The translations under genes were made by a program, and so were the position numbers. Below the pieces are notes generated by a model, which saw only the letters and a program-made list of their open reading frames with translations, had not been told where the DNA came from and did not search any database. This document shows positions 45,712 through 58,814 of a stretch of 64,000 nt of DNA, piece by piece; within the stretch, counting starts at the first letter, position 1; each line of letters begins with the position of its first letter. Origin of the DNA: the human T2T-CHM13v2.0 reference genome, Homo sapiens. The stretch lies in assembly GCF_009914755.1 (NCBI RefSeq), contig NC_060927.1. The stretch is one strand, 5' to 3'.

Positions 45712-46967
45712 ATGGTATTTTTAACTCTGGCTTCTCTGCAAGGGTTGACATGTAACACTAATCAGTGTTGCAGAGATTCCAGCTAAGAGCCAACTTCTCT
45801 ATCCTTGAAGAAGTGTGGACACAGGCTTGGACCAGCTTGTGAATTATTGGCCAATGTGACTCTGAGAACAGATTTCCGATTTTATAGATACTAACCCAAA
45901 CAAATTCTGAGATTCACCAGGGACAGGGCCTGTAGCTCCATTTGACATCACCTCATCAGAGTACCAGCTGCCTGGTTCTTTTTTTAGCCACAGAGGTTGA
46001 GCAGTGGATCATCAACAATTGCACAGCAGAAGTAAGACAAGAGGGAGGCAGAGAGAGCCATCCAGAGTGCTAGTCCCCTGCAAGGGGGCAGCCATCATCT
46101 CCCATGTGAAACTTACTCCTTTTGCACAGAGGTCCACATGGAAAGTAATACATCTCCCCTTATTTAAGTAACATAAAACTTTGTCATTTTTACTTTCCCT
46201 TTTGGAGAGTCCATAGAAAGGAAATGTAAATCTTCATTTTCTTGTTTGCTCTTTGTTCAATAAATAGAATTCAATATAAACATGGTTTATAGTGGCAACA
46301 TTGTCTCCCTACTGATCCCAGAACATTAATTCATACCTAAAAAATCTCAACAAATATTAGCTGAATGAATGAATGAGAACTATATAGAATCTTCCCTGTC
46401 TAGCCTATGTACTCAAGCAGCTATTCCTCAAGGCTGCTTATCTGAAATGTTTCATAGTTGCTACAAACAAAATCTGCCACATCTTTGGAGGAAAAATATT
46501 CCTTTTCACTAGAGAAGGTTGAGAATAATTTTCGCAGGAAGTGGTATTTGAGATGCACCTGGAAGGATAAGGAAAGTCACAAAGGAAGATGTGCAAATCA
46601 GCAGGAATAGAGTAGTACAGAATATTTTAAGATGTAAACAAGGACCAAAGGAAACTGCTATCTCATTAAAGGGAATCCACTTAAAGCAAGGACCAAAATT
46701 TCATAGTAGGTAATGCAGAAAAATCTGGTTGGAAATTTATCTCATAAATAAAACAAAAACTTTTTTTAAAGTTTATGTTTTACAACTTTTCAATTATAAT
46801 CACAGGTATATTCTAAATATTAAAACACGTGAATCAAGGATGGGGTGTGTGTGTGTGTGCATGTGAGAGAGACAGAGAGAGAAACTCTTTTGATACAATT
46901 TTATGGTAACATGAGATGACCTCTTTCACTTTATACTTGACTTTTACAGGTTGTTCATGAAGAGGTT

Positions 46968-47319
46968 TATCTTAGACTATTCAGGCTGCTATACCAGAAT
47001 ACCACAGACTGGGTGGCTTATAAACAACAGAAATTTATTTCTTACACTTCTGGAGTCTGGGAAGTCCAAGATTAAGGCACTGGCAGATTTGGTGTCTGGT
47101 GAGAGCTTGCTTCCTGGTTCATAAACAACACCTTTTTGCTGCATCTTCATATGGCAGAAGTGGTGAGGAAGCTCGCTGGGGTCCCTTTTATAAAGGCACT
47201 AATCCCATTCATGAGGGCTCCACCCTCATGACCCCATCACCTCCTAAAGGCCCCACTTCCAAATACCATTATCTTTGGATTTGGTTTTAACATATAAATT
47301 TTGAGGGGAAAGAAACATT
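46968..47319 (-). mobile_element. MLT1A0-like MaLR solo LTR, one end truncated
   Basis: GGCACTAATCCCATTCATGAGGGCTCCACCCTCATGACC; stops at AAACATT without the expected terminal ~12 nt. Confidence 0.85.
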
Positions 47320-47634
47320 ATTCCCTTTTTATAAAAGAAGGTGATGAAAAATATTTAGAAGAAGTGGAATTTGAATTGCACCTGGTAGGATAAGGAGAAT
47401 CACAACAGGATGATGTGCAAATCAGCAGAAAACTACAGAATATTTTGAGACATAAACAAGGACCAAAGAAAAGTGCTATCTCATTAAAGAGAATTCACTT
47501 AAATGGGGACTAAAATTTCATAGTAAGTAATGAAATGAAATTTAATTGAAAATTTATCTCAAAATAAAACAAAAACAAAAATAAGTTTAAATTATATTTT
47601 ACTACTTGTCAGTTATAATCATCGCTATATGTTA

Positions 47635-47711
47635 TTAGGCTGTGGCAAAAGTAACTGTGTTTTGCCATTAAAAGTAATGGTAAAAATGCAATTACTTTTG
47701 CATCAACCTAA
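47635..47711. mobile_element. MADE1 (Hsmar1-derived palindromic MITE)
   Basis: TA-TTAGG..GCAAAAGTAA..TTGCCATTA..TAATGGTAAAA..TTACTTTTGCATCAACCTAA. Confidence 0.85.
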
Positions 47712-48921
47712 TCTTAAACAATGAATCAAGGGTGGGGTGTGTGTGTGTGTGTGTTTGTGTGTGTGCATGCACCCATGTGAGTAAAATACTTTTGATACAA
47801 CTGTGCAGTAACATGAGATGACCTCTTTCACTTCTTGCTTGACTTTAATGGATCACCATGAAGTGATGACACTTACAAAAATATTTTGAAAGCTAGAATA
47901 ACTTCTTCTACACCACTTTTTATCAACCTCATAAAATATCACATCTTTGGCAATGTTGACAATTCCATTTGCAATCAGTTCATATTGTACGGACTCTGTA
48001 TTGTGAAAAGCTGAAGGAACTGATAATCATGGAGAAACAATCATGGAGAAACCAAGAGATTGACTCAATGTGCAGAGATGTTAGAGGAGGTCCTAAGTTA
48101 TAAATGTTTTCTTCATTGGTAAGTCTTTATCGACAGTTATAGCTTCGACTTCTTTTTGCAGTATGATCACTTTTATTGTTATCAGAAAGGACTCATTATT
48201 ATCGACAATTTCTGATAATAAATACTCAGTAATAAGAATCTCTTGTAGTTGACATTGTCTGGATATAAGAAACAGGTTGAGAAGTTCTGGGAAATAAGGT
48301 TGGCAACATTGATTGGTGCCTTGAACTCTGAGGTGAAGAGAGAGGGCTTTATCATTTACTTAATAGAAAGTCATTGAAGGTGTTTGAGCTTAGAAGTGAA
48401 GTGAACAATGTTTAGAAGGAATATTTGTCTGGCAGTGCTAGGGAGGATAGGTTGCAGTGAAGGCTACAGGGTGCATGCAGTCAGGAGGCCAATGTAATCC
48501 ATCAATACTTGTGTTTCCTTACAGGATGTTTGTCTATGAGGAAAGGCAAAGTTTCCTCGTTTATCAATGCTTTCTGTCTCCCTTTGACTTCCATTGCAAT
48601 TGATGGTGATGTGCACCTTCATTTATCTTTGTAGAATGAGAGACATTTTTTTTTTCAGAACCATTTGCATGTTTTAAGGAGCCCACACAGAGACTAATGT
48701 GATTGGCAATTTGAAACATATCGTCTCTATTTAGCTCCAGCATCATGCCTGAGGGAAGAAGGGTTAAGTAAGAAGGAAAACAGATTCTCCCCGCTTTTTC
48801 CTACCTCTATGAAAACTTGAAATTAATTTTTTCTTGTAATGTTTACTTTAGAAGTTAAAACAAATGAAAAGGCTAGACTTTTAAGACTAAAGTCTTGGTT
48901 AAGTTTCTGAGATTAAGAAGA

Positions 48922-50892
48922 TCTGTGAAGAAAGTCAATGGTAGCTTGATGTGAATAGCATTGAATCTGTAAATTACTTTGGGCAGTATGGCCATTTTCA
49001 CGATATTGATTCTTCCTATTCAAGAGCGTGGAATGTTTTTCCATTTGTTTGTGTTCGCTCTTATTTCCTTGAGCAGTGGTTTGTAGTTCTCCTTGAAGAG
49101 GTCCTTAACATCCCTTGTAAATTGTATTCCTAGGCATTTTATTCTCTTTGTAGCAATTGTGAATGGGAGTTTGCTTATGATTTGGCTGTTTGTCTGTCTA
49201 TTACTGGTGTATAGGAATGCTTGTGATTTTTGCACATTGATTTTGTATCCTGAGACTTTGCTGAAGTTGTTTATCAGCTTAAGGAGTTTTTGGGCTGAGA
49301 CGATGGGGTTTTCTAAATATACAATCATGTCATCTGCAAACAGAGATAATTTGACTTCCTCTCTTCCTATTAGAAAAAAAACTACTTTAAATTTCACATG
49401 GAACCAACACAGAGCCCACATAGCCAAGACAATCCTAAGCAAAAACAACAAAGCTGGAGGCATCACACTACCTGACTTCAAACTATACTACAAGGCTACA
49501 GTAATCAAAACAGCATGGTACCTGTACCAAAACAGATATTAGACCAGTGGAACAGGACAGAGGCCTCAGAAATAACACCACACATCTACAACCATCTGAT
49601 CTTTGACAAACCTGACAAAAACAAGCAATGGGAAAAGGATTTCCTATTTAATAAATGGTGTTAGGAAAACTAGCTAGCCATATGTAGAAAACTGAAACTG
49701 GACCCCTTCCTTACACCTTATACAAAAATTAACTCACGATGGATTAAAGATTTAAACATAAGACCTAAAACCATAAAAACACTGGAAGAAAACCTAGGCA
49801 ATACCATTCAGGACATAGGCATGGGCAAAGACTTCATGACTAAAACACCAAAAGCAATAGCAACAAAAACCAAAATTGACAAATGTGATCTAATTAAACT
49901 AAAGAGCTTCTGCACAGCAAAAGAAACTATCATCAGAGTGAACAGGCAACCTACAGAATGGGAGAAAATTTTTGCAATCTATCCCTCTAACAAAGGGCTA
50001 ATATCCAGAATCTACAAGGAACTTAAACGGATTTGCAAGAAAAAAAACAAACAACTCCATCAAAAAGTGGGCGAAGGATATGAAGAGACACTTCTCAAAA
50101 GAAGACATTTATGTGGACAACAAACACATGAAAAAAAGCTCATCATCACTGGTCATTAGAGAAATGCAAATCAAAACCACAATGAGATACCATCTCATGC
50201 CAGTTAGAATGGCGATCATTAAAAAGTCAGGAAACAACAGAGGCTGGAGAGAATGTGCAGAAATAGGAATGCTTTTACACTGTTGGTGGGAGTGTAAATT
50301 AGTTCAACTATTGTGGAAGACAGTGTGGTGATTCCTCAAGGAACTAGAACCAGAAATACCGTTTAACCCAGCAATCCCATTACCGGGTATATACCCAAAG
50401 GATTATAAGTCATTCTATTATAAAGACCCATGCACACGTATGTTTATTGCAGCACTATTCACATTAGCAAAGATTTGGAACCAACCCAAATGTCCATCAA
50501 TGTTAGACTGGATAAAGAAAATGTGGCAAATATACACCACAGAATACTATGCAGCCATAAGAAAGAATGAGTTCATGTCCTCTTCAGGGACATGGATGAA
50601 GCTGGAAACCATCATTCTCAGCAAACTAACACAGGAACAGAAAACCAAATACCGCATATTCTCACTCATAAGTGGAAGTTGAACAATGAGAACATATGGG
50701 CACAGGGAGGGGAACATCACACACCAGGGCCTGTCTGGGAGCGGGCGGGCAAGGGGAAGGATAGGATTAGGAGAAATATCTAATGTAGATGACGGGTTGA
50801 TGGGTGCAGCAAACCGCCATGGCACATGTATATCTATGTAACAAACTTGCACGTTCTGCACTTGCATCCCATAACTTAAACTACAATAAAAA
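48922..50892 (+). mobile_element. L1PA7-like element with 450-bp 5' inversion (twin priming)
   Basis: Antisense ORF2 48922-49371, sense from 49369 to the 3'UTR (AATGTAGATGACGGGTTGATGGG); no clear TSD. Confidence 0.92.
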
Positions 50893-51159
50893 GGTGTGTA
50901 GTATACGTTACTTTTTTAACTAAAGAAGGAAATATGTATATATTAAAAAACTGAGTTTATTTTTAAACCATCTTTCTAAAGCAATTTAATGTGACTATAT
51001 GTTATCCTTTCAGAGCTGCAAATGAAGTGAAGTAAGTGGTGCACTTTTCCCAGAATGTTACATGAAAATACGTTTTAACTATGGTGTGTGGTACTTAAAT
51101 TTAAAAAGTGTGAATACATGCACATTTCCTTTCATTCTTTTACAGTTTCTGAACCTTCA

Positions 51160-51161
<2 letters not shown>

Positions 51162-51191
<30 letters not shown>
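51162..51191 (+). repeat. (CA)n microsatellite
   Basis: About 15 CA units. Confidence 0.95.
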
Positions 51192-51193
<2 letters not shown>

Positions 51194-51462
51194 GTATTCT
51201 AGTAGAAGAATAAATGGAAATTTAGTAGAAGGCAATTAATGCTGTCCAAATAATTTCAGAACTTAGGCTCTTGTACTCTCAGTAGAAGGTTTTGAAAGTT
51301 TGTGTTTAGTCACCCATGAGCCAGTAATGGGTCTATTTCCTAAGTGAATAATAACAATGACAGGGAGAACAAGGTAACTGCCCCTTTGAAATGTGAATGT
51401 TTCAAAGGGTGTTGCTAGCAGGTAGAAGAACCTCAAATGTTTTACTTCATCTCTCACTTTCT

Positions 51463-51771
<309 letters not shown>

Positions 51772-51924
51772 TCATCTCTCACTTTCTAAAGCTTCTGGGG
51801 CTAGAGATTTTGCAATGATTTCTACAATTCTTTATTGCCTCCCATCCGGTGCCCTTCAACCATAAACAATCTGAACTCTAAGAAAACCAGAAAAATCTTA
51901 ACTTGAATATGAAGATGATATCTT

Positions 51925-54900
51925 CATTTTATTTTCATTTACCTTTAGTTGACACATAATAATTAATACATACTTATGAGATAAAGAGTGATATTTTGAT
52001 ACATATATAATGTATAAAGATCAGGGTAATAGCATATTATCACCATAAATATTTAACATTTCTTTCTGTTAGAAACATTCAAAATCTTCTTCTAGCAGAA
52101 AATATAAAATAAATTATTAACTATAGTCACCCTACAGTGCTATAGAATCTAGGACATATTCCTTGTATCTAGCTATAATTTTGAACCGATTAACCAACCT
52201 GTCTCTATCCTCCCTCCCCACTACGTTTCTTAGCTACTAATAGACATAATTCTACTCTCTACTCCTATCCACTCAACTTTTTGGCAACCACATATAAATG
52301 ACAATGTGGTATTTTTATGTCTCTGTGCCTGACTTATGTCACTTAACATAATGTCCTCCAGGCTCATTTATGTTGTTGTGAATGACAGGATTTCATTCTT
52401 TTTTAATGGCTGAATAGTATTCCATTCTGTATATATACCATATATTCTTGATTAATTCATCTATTGGTAGACACTTAGGTCGATTTCATATCTTGGCTAT
52501 TGTGAATGGTGCTACAATAAACATGAGAGTACAAATACTGTTTCAATGTACTGATTCATTTCCTTTGTATAAATACTCAGTCGTGGGATTGCAGGATCAT
52601 ATGGTAATTCTATTTTTAGTTTTTTGAGGAAGCTCCATGCTATTTTCCATAGTGGTTATACTAATTCACATTCCCACCAATGTTGTATAAGGGTTTCCTT
52701 TATTCAACTTTCCCACCGGCATTGTTTTTTCTTTCTTTTTGATAATAACCATTCTAATGGGGGTGAGATGATATCAAATGATGGTTTTTATGTGCATTTC
52801 CATGATGATTAGTGATGTTGAACATTTTTTTCACATGCTTGTTGGTCATTTGTATGTATTCTTTTGAGAAATATTTATTCAGGTTATTTGTCCATTTTAA
52901 AATCAAATTATTTGTTTTATTTGTTTTGCTGTTGAGTTCCTTGTATATATTCTGGATATTAGTGCTTTCATCAAATGAATAGTTTGCAAATATTTTCTCC
53001 CATTCTTCCACAGGTTACCTCCTCACACTGTTTATTGTTTCCTTTGCTAAGTAGAACTTTTTTCCTTTGTTGTAGTCCCATTTGTCCAGTTTTGTTTTTG
53101 TAGCCTGTGCTTTTGAAGTCTTTTCCATAAAATCCTGCCTAGACCAATATCCTGAAACATTTCCTCTAGGTTTTCTACCAGTAATTTTATAGTTTTGTGT
53201 GTTACATTTAAGTCTTTAATCCATTATGAGTAGACTTTTGTCTATAGCAAGATATAAGGGTCTAGTTCCATTCTTCTTCATATAGCTACCCAGTTCTACC
53301 AGAACCATTTACTGAAGGGGTGATCCTTTCCCCAGTGTATAATCTTGGCACCTTTTCCAAAAATCAATTGACTAAAAATGAGTGGATTTATTGATATGTT
53401 CTCCATTCTGTTTCAGTGGTACATGTGTCTATTTTTATACCAATACCACATTGTTTTGATTATCATTTCTTGTAGTATATTTTGAAGTCAGGTAGTGTGA
53501 TGCTTTCAGCTTTGTTCTTTATTTTCAGTATTGCTTTGGCTATTCAGGGTCTTTTGTAGTTCCATACAGATTTTAGAATTGTATTTTTATTTCTGTAAAG
53601 AATGTAATTGGCATTTTGATAGTGATTTCACTGAGTCTGTAGACTGCTATGGGTAGTACAGTCATTTTAACAATATTAATTCTTCCAGTCTATGAAAATG
53701 AGATGTCTTTCCATTTTTTGTGTCTTAGTCAATTTCTTTACTCTGTTTTTTGTAGTTGTCATTGTGGAAGTTTTTCCATTCATTGGTTAAATTTATTCCT
53801 ATGTATTTACTTTTCTGTAGCTATTGTAAATTGGATTGCTTTCTTAATATCTATTTCATCTAGTTCTTTATTGGAATATAGAAATGCTACTAATTTTGTA
53901 TGTTGATTTTGTGTCTTGCAACTTTACTGAATGCATTTATCAGTTCTGATAGTTTTTTTGGTTGAGTCTTTAGGTTTTTCTGTATATAAGATCATACTGT
54001 CTGCAAAGAAGGATAATTTGACTTCCTCTTTCTCAGTTTGGATGCCTTTTATTTTGTTCTCTTGCCTTATTGCTCTCGCTAAGACTTCCAATACTATGTA
54101 TAAGTACTATGTAATAAGAATGGGGCATCTTGTTCTGGATCTTAGAGGGAAAGCTTTTATCTTTTCCTTGTTCACTATGATGTTGGCTGTGGACTTGTCA
54201 TTTTAGACCTTCAATGTGCTGAAAATGTTCTTTGTATACCTACTTTGTTAAGAGTTTTTTATCACAAAGTGCTGTTGAATTTTATCAAATGCTTTCTCTG
54301 CATCTATTGAAATGATCATTTGGTTTTTGTCCTTTTATTCCGTTGATATGATGTATCAAGTTTTTTGACTAGCATATGATGAACCATCCTTGCATCCCTG
54401 GGATAAATGCCACTTGAGTATGGGGTGTTATCTTTTTGATGTGTTAGATTTGGTTTGCTAGTATTTTATTAATAATTTTTGCATCTATATTCATAAGGGA
54501 TATTGACCTGTAGTTTTCTTTTTTTTTTTTTTTCTGTGTCTTTACCTTGTTTTGGAATCAGGATAATGCTAATGCTGGCCTCATAGAATGAGTTAGGAAG
54601 AATTCCCTCCTCTTCTATTTTCTTTTAAGAAAGGCTAGAAGGACAAGATCTTATATTTTATATTTTTAGAATAGTTTGAGAATAATTGGTTTAAGTTCTT
54701 CTTTAAAAGTTTAAATGAATTCAGCAGCCATCCTGTCCTGGGATTTTCTTTTTTGGGAAACTTTTATTATTGATTCAATCTTGTTACTCATTATTAGTTT
54801 GTTCAGGTTTTCTATTTTTACTTGGTTCAGTCTTGATTGGTTATATGTGTCCAGGAATTTATTCATTTCCTTTATATTTCCCAATTTGTTGGCATATTGT

Positions 54901-56165
54901 TGTTCATAGAAATCTCTAAAAATCCTTTGTATTTTTGTTGCACCAGTTGTAATGTCTCCTTTTTTTTTTTGTTTCTGATTTTATTTGGTTCTTCTCACTT
55001 TTTTTCTTAGTCTACCTAATAGTTTCTTGGTTTTGTTTCTCTTTAAAAAAAAACTTTCATTTTGTTGATCTTTGTGTGTGTGTGTGTGTGTGTGTTTGTG
55101 TGTGTTTGTCTCCATTTCATTTACTTCTGCTCTGATCTTTACTACTGCTTTTCTTCTACTAATTTCAGGTATGTTTTATTCTTCCTTTTCTAGTTCTTCC
55201 TTTTCTACTTCCTTGAGGTGCACCATTAGGTTGTTTGTTTGAAATCTACTTTTTTGATTTATATGTTTATTGCTATAAAATTTCCCATTAGCACTGCTTT
55301 TAGATTTTGGTATATTGTGTTTTTTAAATTTGTTTCTATATATTTTTAAATATTTCCTTCTTAATTTCTTCATTGACCATTGATTGTTCAGGAGCATGTT
55401 GTTTAATTTCCATGTTATTTGTTCAGTTTTCAAAGCTCCTCTTGTTAATGACTTCTACTTTTAATCTATTTTGGTGTGAGAGGTATTTGATATGATTTCA
55501 ATATTTAAAAATTTGTGGAGACTCATTTGGTAGCCTACCACATGGTCTCTCTTGGAGAATGTTCCATCTGCCACTGAGAAGAATGTGTATTCTGTAGCTG
55601 TTGGATGAAATGTTCTGTAAATGTTAGGTCCATTTGGTCTATAGTGTGGTTTGTCTGATGCTTCTTGTTTATTTTCTGTCTAGATGATCTGTCCAATGCT
55701 GTGAGCAGGGTGTTGAAGTCCCCAACAATTACTGTATTGCAATCTCTTTAGCTCTAATAATATTTGCTTTGTATATATAGGTGTTCCATTGCGTACACAG
55801 AATTAGCAATTGTTCTACCCTTTTGCTGAATTGATATCTTTATCATTATATAATAATCTTATTTGTCTCCTTTTACCTTTTTATTTTTACTTAAAATCTA
55901 TTTTGTCTGATATAGCTACTCCTGCTTGCTTTTGGTTTCTGTTTACATGGAATATAATTTTGCATCCTTTCACTTTTAGTCTAGGTGTGTCTTTATAGGC
56001 AAAGTGGGTTTCTTGCAGGCAACATATAGTTGGGTCTTAAAAAAATCCATTCAGTCAGTCTATATCTTTTATTTGGAGAATTTAAATGGTTTACATCAGA
56101 CATTATTGATAGGCAAGGATTTACTTCTGTTGTTTTAATTATTTTCTGGTTGTTTGACTTTTCCC
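51925..56165 (-). mobile_element. L1MA (L1MA4/5-like) 3'UTR plus degenerate ORF2
   Basis: TAGTTGACACATAATAATT 3' end; minus-strand peptides WEKIFANY and TWKLNNMLLNNQW; (TG)n at ~55074-55108. Confidence 0.85.
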
Positions 56166-56189
56166 AGTTTATTGACTGCGGAAGGGTCC

Positions 56190-56369
56190 ATTTCCACAGT
56201 CTCACTCACTTTGATAGTCTTCAGTCCTATGGGCTCTTGGCCAGAGATACCAGTTTCTTGCCATGTGAACCTCTCCACAGGGCTGCTCAAGGACATGGCA
56301 ACTTACTTTCCTAAGAGCAAGGACTCTAAGAACCAAAAAGAGAGAAGGAGAAAGAGGGAGAGAGAAAGG

Positions 56370-56403
<34 letters not shown>

Positions 56404-56571
56404 ACGAACACATGCGCAAGAAGCAAACCAGAATCTTTTGATAATCTAATCATGGAAGCGACATCTCATTAGATCTGAGTCATTGAGTCCAACCTATATC
56501 CAAGGAAAAGGGATTATACAAAGGCATGAGTACAAGGATGGGTGACTGGTAACAATTTTAGAGCCTGCCTA
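56190..56571 (-). mobile_element. MLT1F/G-like LTR fragment with GA-rich run
   Basis: CAGTTTCTTGCCATGTGAACCTCTCCACAGGGCTGCTC..GGGATTATACAAAGGCATGA..TTTTAGAGCCTGCCTA. Confidence 0.6.
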
Positions 56572-56586
56572 AAAAAAAATGTTTTT

Positions 56587-56627
56587 GTTTTGTTTTGTTT
56601 TGTTTTGTTTTGTTTTGTTTTGTTTTT
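56587..56627 (-). repeat. (GTTTT)n tract between 27-bp direct repeats
   Basis: AGAGCCTGCCT-A9-(T/A)-GTTTTT at 56560-56586 and 56628-56654. Confidence 0.9.
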
Positions 56628-58459
56628 AGAGCCTGCCTAAAAAAAAAAGTTTTTAAACAAGTATGTAAGTCAAAATAAGTTTTTTATCAGACAACTATTT
56701 AAAAAATTTAACATTACACTTTGGAGTTCATGATTCAATTGAATGGTTCATTAAAAAGTGATTAGAGTTAAAAATAACTTCATTATTAAAATGTAAAAAT
56801 AACAGAATAATAATGCTAATCTGAAATTGAAAGATTCAAACTGACAAGTGAAACTTAAAATATGCAAATATCTTTCTATTACCTTTCAGAGCAGGTTCTG
56901 ATTGGTCTCATTCTACAACTGAGGGCACTGAGGATGAGTAGGCAAGGCAACTTGCCCAAGGTCAACAGCAAGTAAATAGAAGAATTGGAACTTTAACATG
57001 GAAAATATAACTCCAGAAGCAGCACTCTTAACAATTTTGCTGAAATCCTAAGATCATTGGCAAAATAAACTTTTCAGTTAATCATAGGTTGCCAGCTCAC
57101 CTGTGAAGCGATTTCCCTGTACCTACTATTGAGGTGCACTAGTTGAGAACCAGACAGGCTCATTTCTACTTCCATTTTCCTTCAACCCAATGGCACCCAG
57201 TTTGCACTAGCAAATAATTAACTTAAGGGTATATCTCACATGGACACTCCTGATTTATGACACATTTCACCATTTAAATGCCCAACCATCCATTTATTCA
57301 ACCATCCATTCATATTCTCATCCATCTATTCAACACTTCCAATTCATCTACACACCTGCCAATATATTTGTCTACCCATTCCCTCATTACTTCAACACTC
57401 CTAATTTATCTACACACTCACTCAACCAACCATTAATTTACTCATCCATTCACCAATTATTTTTTATCAAGCATGATTACTTGGCTTAACTGTGCTATAT
57501 CCTAAATCATAGTTTCTCAGACTTCAACCATTCATACTCTAGGTTCAATATTTATAGTTATTTCTGCATGCTTTTGCCTTCTTTTAACTTTCACGTATCT
57601 ATTTTACTTTTAAAAATATAAATGTCTCTTTTGGCTTCATTCTAGTATTTGCAAAATTGAGGGCTTTATAGGCAAGTTAATTTTTCTCCAAATATACTTT
57701 AAAATAAATTCATGAGTTCATTTAAAAAATATTTTATCTACCATGGTTAGCAAACCTTGGGATTAAATTTATTCCTGTTCTGAAGTGTTTAGAAAGCAGG
57801 GAAACAGATGCCCTCACCCCCCAATCCACCTTGTCTTTATTTCAGGACCTGCCCCACCTAGTAGGGGGAAGAATCTATATCCAAAAATCTACTTTAGTCT
57901 AAGGCTGTGGTTGGAAGTAAAGGAAGGGATAAAGGGCCATCTCCCTCCCCCACCCACCCACCCTCCCATCTGTCTCGGTTCAATTGACAGGCTTGAAAAG
58001 AGATTGCTTTCCTAACTACCTGTGGGGCCACCCGTGAGTCAATATTTCATATTCATTAACTAATGAACAGCTGTAGACAGTAAAACCTTTCAGTGAAGGC
58101 TGGTTTCAGAGCTTGCTAAGTCAATATCCCTCCTTCGATTGTTCTCCTATCTCATAGCAGCATTTGCTTCCCTCCTAAACATTCACACCTAGAAGTGGAT
58201 ACTGTAGCCTATGTTGACATTGTCTGATGCCATTTTGCGGCTTCTGAAATATGTATATTTGGACTGTTGGAGTGTATAAAAATAGAGAAAAGGTTGGTCA
58301 CTCAGATTCATGAAGGGTTTTTTAAAGACAGCTCAGGAGAAGTTTTTTTGTTTGTTTGTTTTTTTGTTTTTTTCCAATCCCACTCCTCTGCTTCCGATCC
58401 CTTTTTCTTTGATGCTCTGTTCTGTCCCCTCATTCTTCTCCATTCCTCCCTTTCCCCCT

Positions 58460-58814
58460 TGCGTTAGTCTGCTCTCACACTGCTGAGAAAAACATACCTG
58501 AGACTGGGTAGTTTATGAAGGAAAGAGCTTTAATGGACTCACATTTCCACATGGTTGGGGAGGCCTCACAGTCATGGCGGAAGACTAAGGAAGAGCAAAG
58601 GGACATCTTACATGGAGGCAGGCAAAATGGTTTGTGCAGGGGAACTACTATTTATAAAACCATCAGATCTTGTGAGACTTATTCACTACCATGAGAACAG
58701 TATGGGGAAACCGTCCCCATGATTCAGTTATCTTCACCTAGCCCTGCCCTTGAAACGTGGTGATTATTACAATTCAAGGTGAGATTTGGGTGGGTAGACA
58801 GCCAAACCATATCA
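58460..58814 (-). mobile_element. THE1 (THE1C-like) solo LTR with 5-bp TSD
   Basis: TAAAACCATCAGATCTTGTGAGACTTATTCACTACCATGAGAACAG..CAAACCATATCA; TSD CCCCT at 58455-58459 and 58815-58819. Confidence 0.92.

Larger units (their letters stand above)
46497..47863 (+). repeat. Ancient ~470-bp direct duplication (46497-46962 and 47319-47863)
   Basis: Collinear shared blocks such as GATGTGCAAATCAGCAG, TAAACAAGGACCAAAG, TGCTATCTCATTAAAG, GTAACATGAGATGACCTCTTTCACTT. Confidence 0.9.

Noticed and set aside
57280-57460. Degenerate (CCAT/TCAT)n tract
   Set aside because: Decayed simple repeat with no higher-order structure
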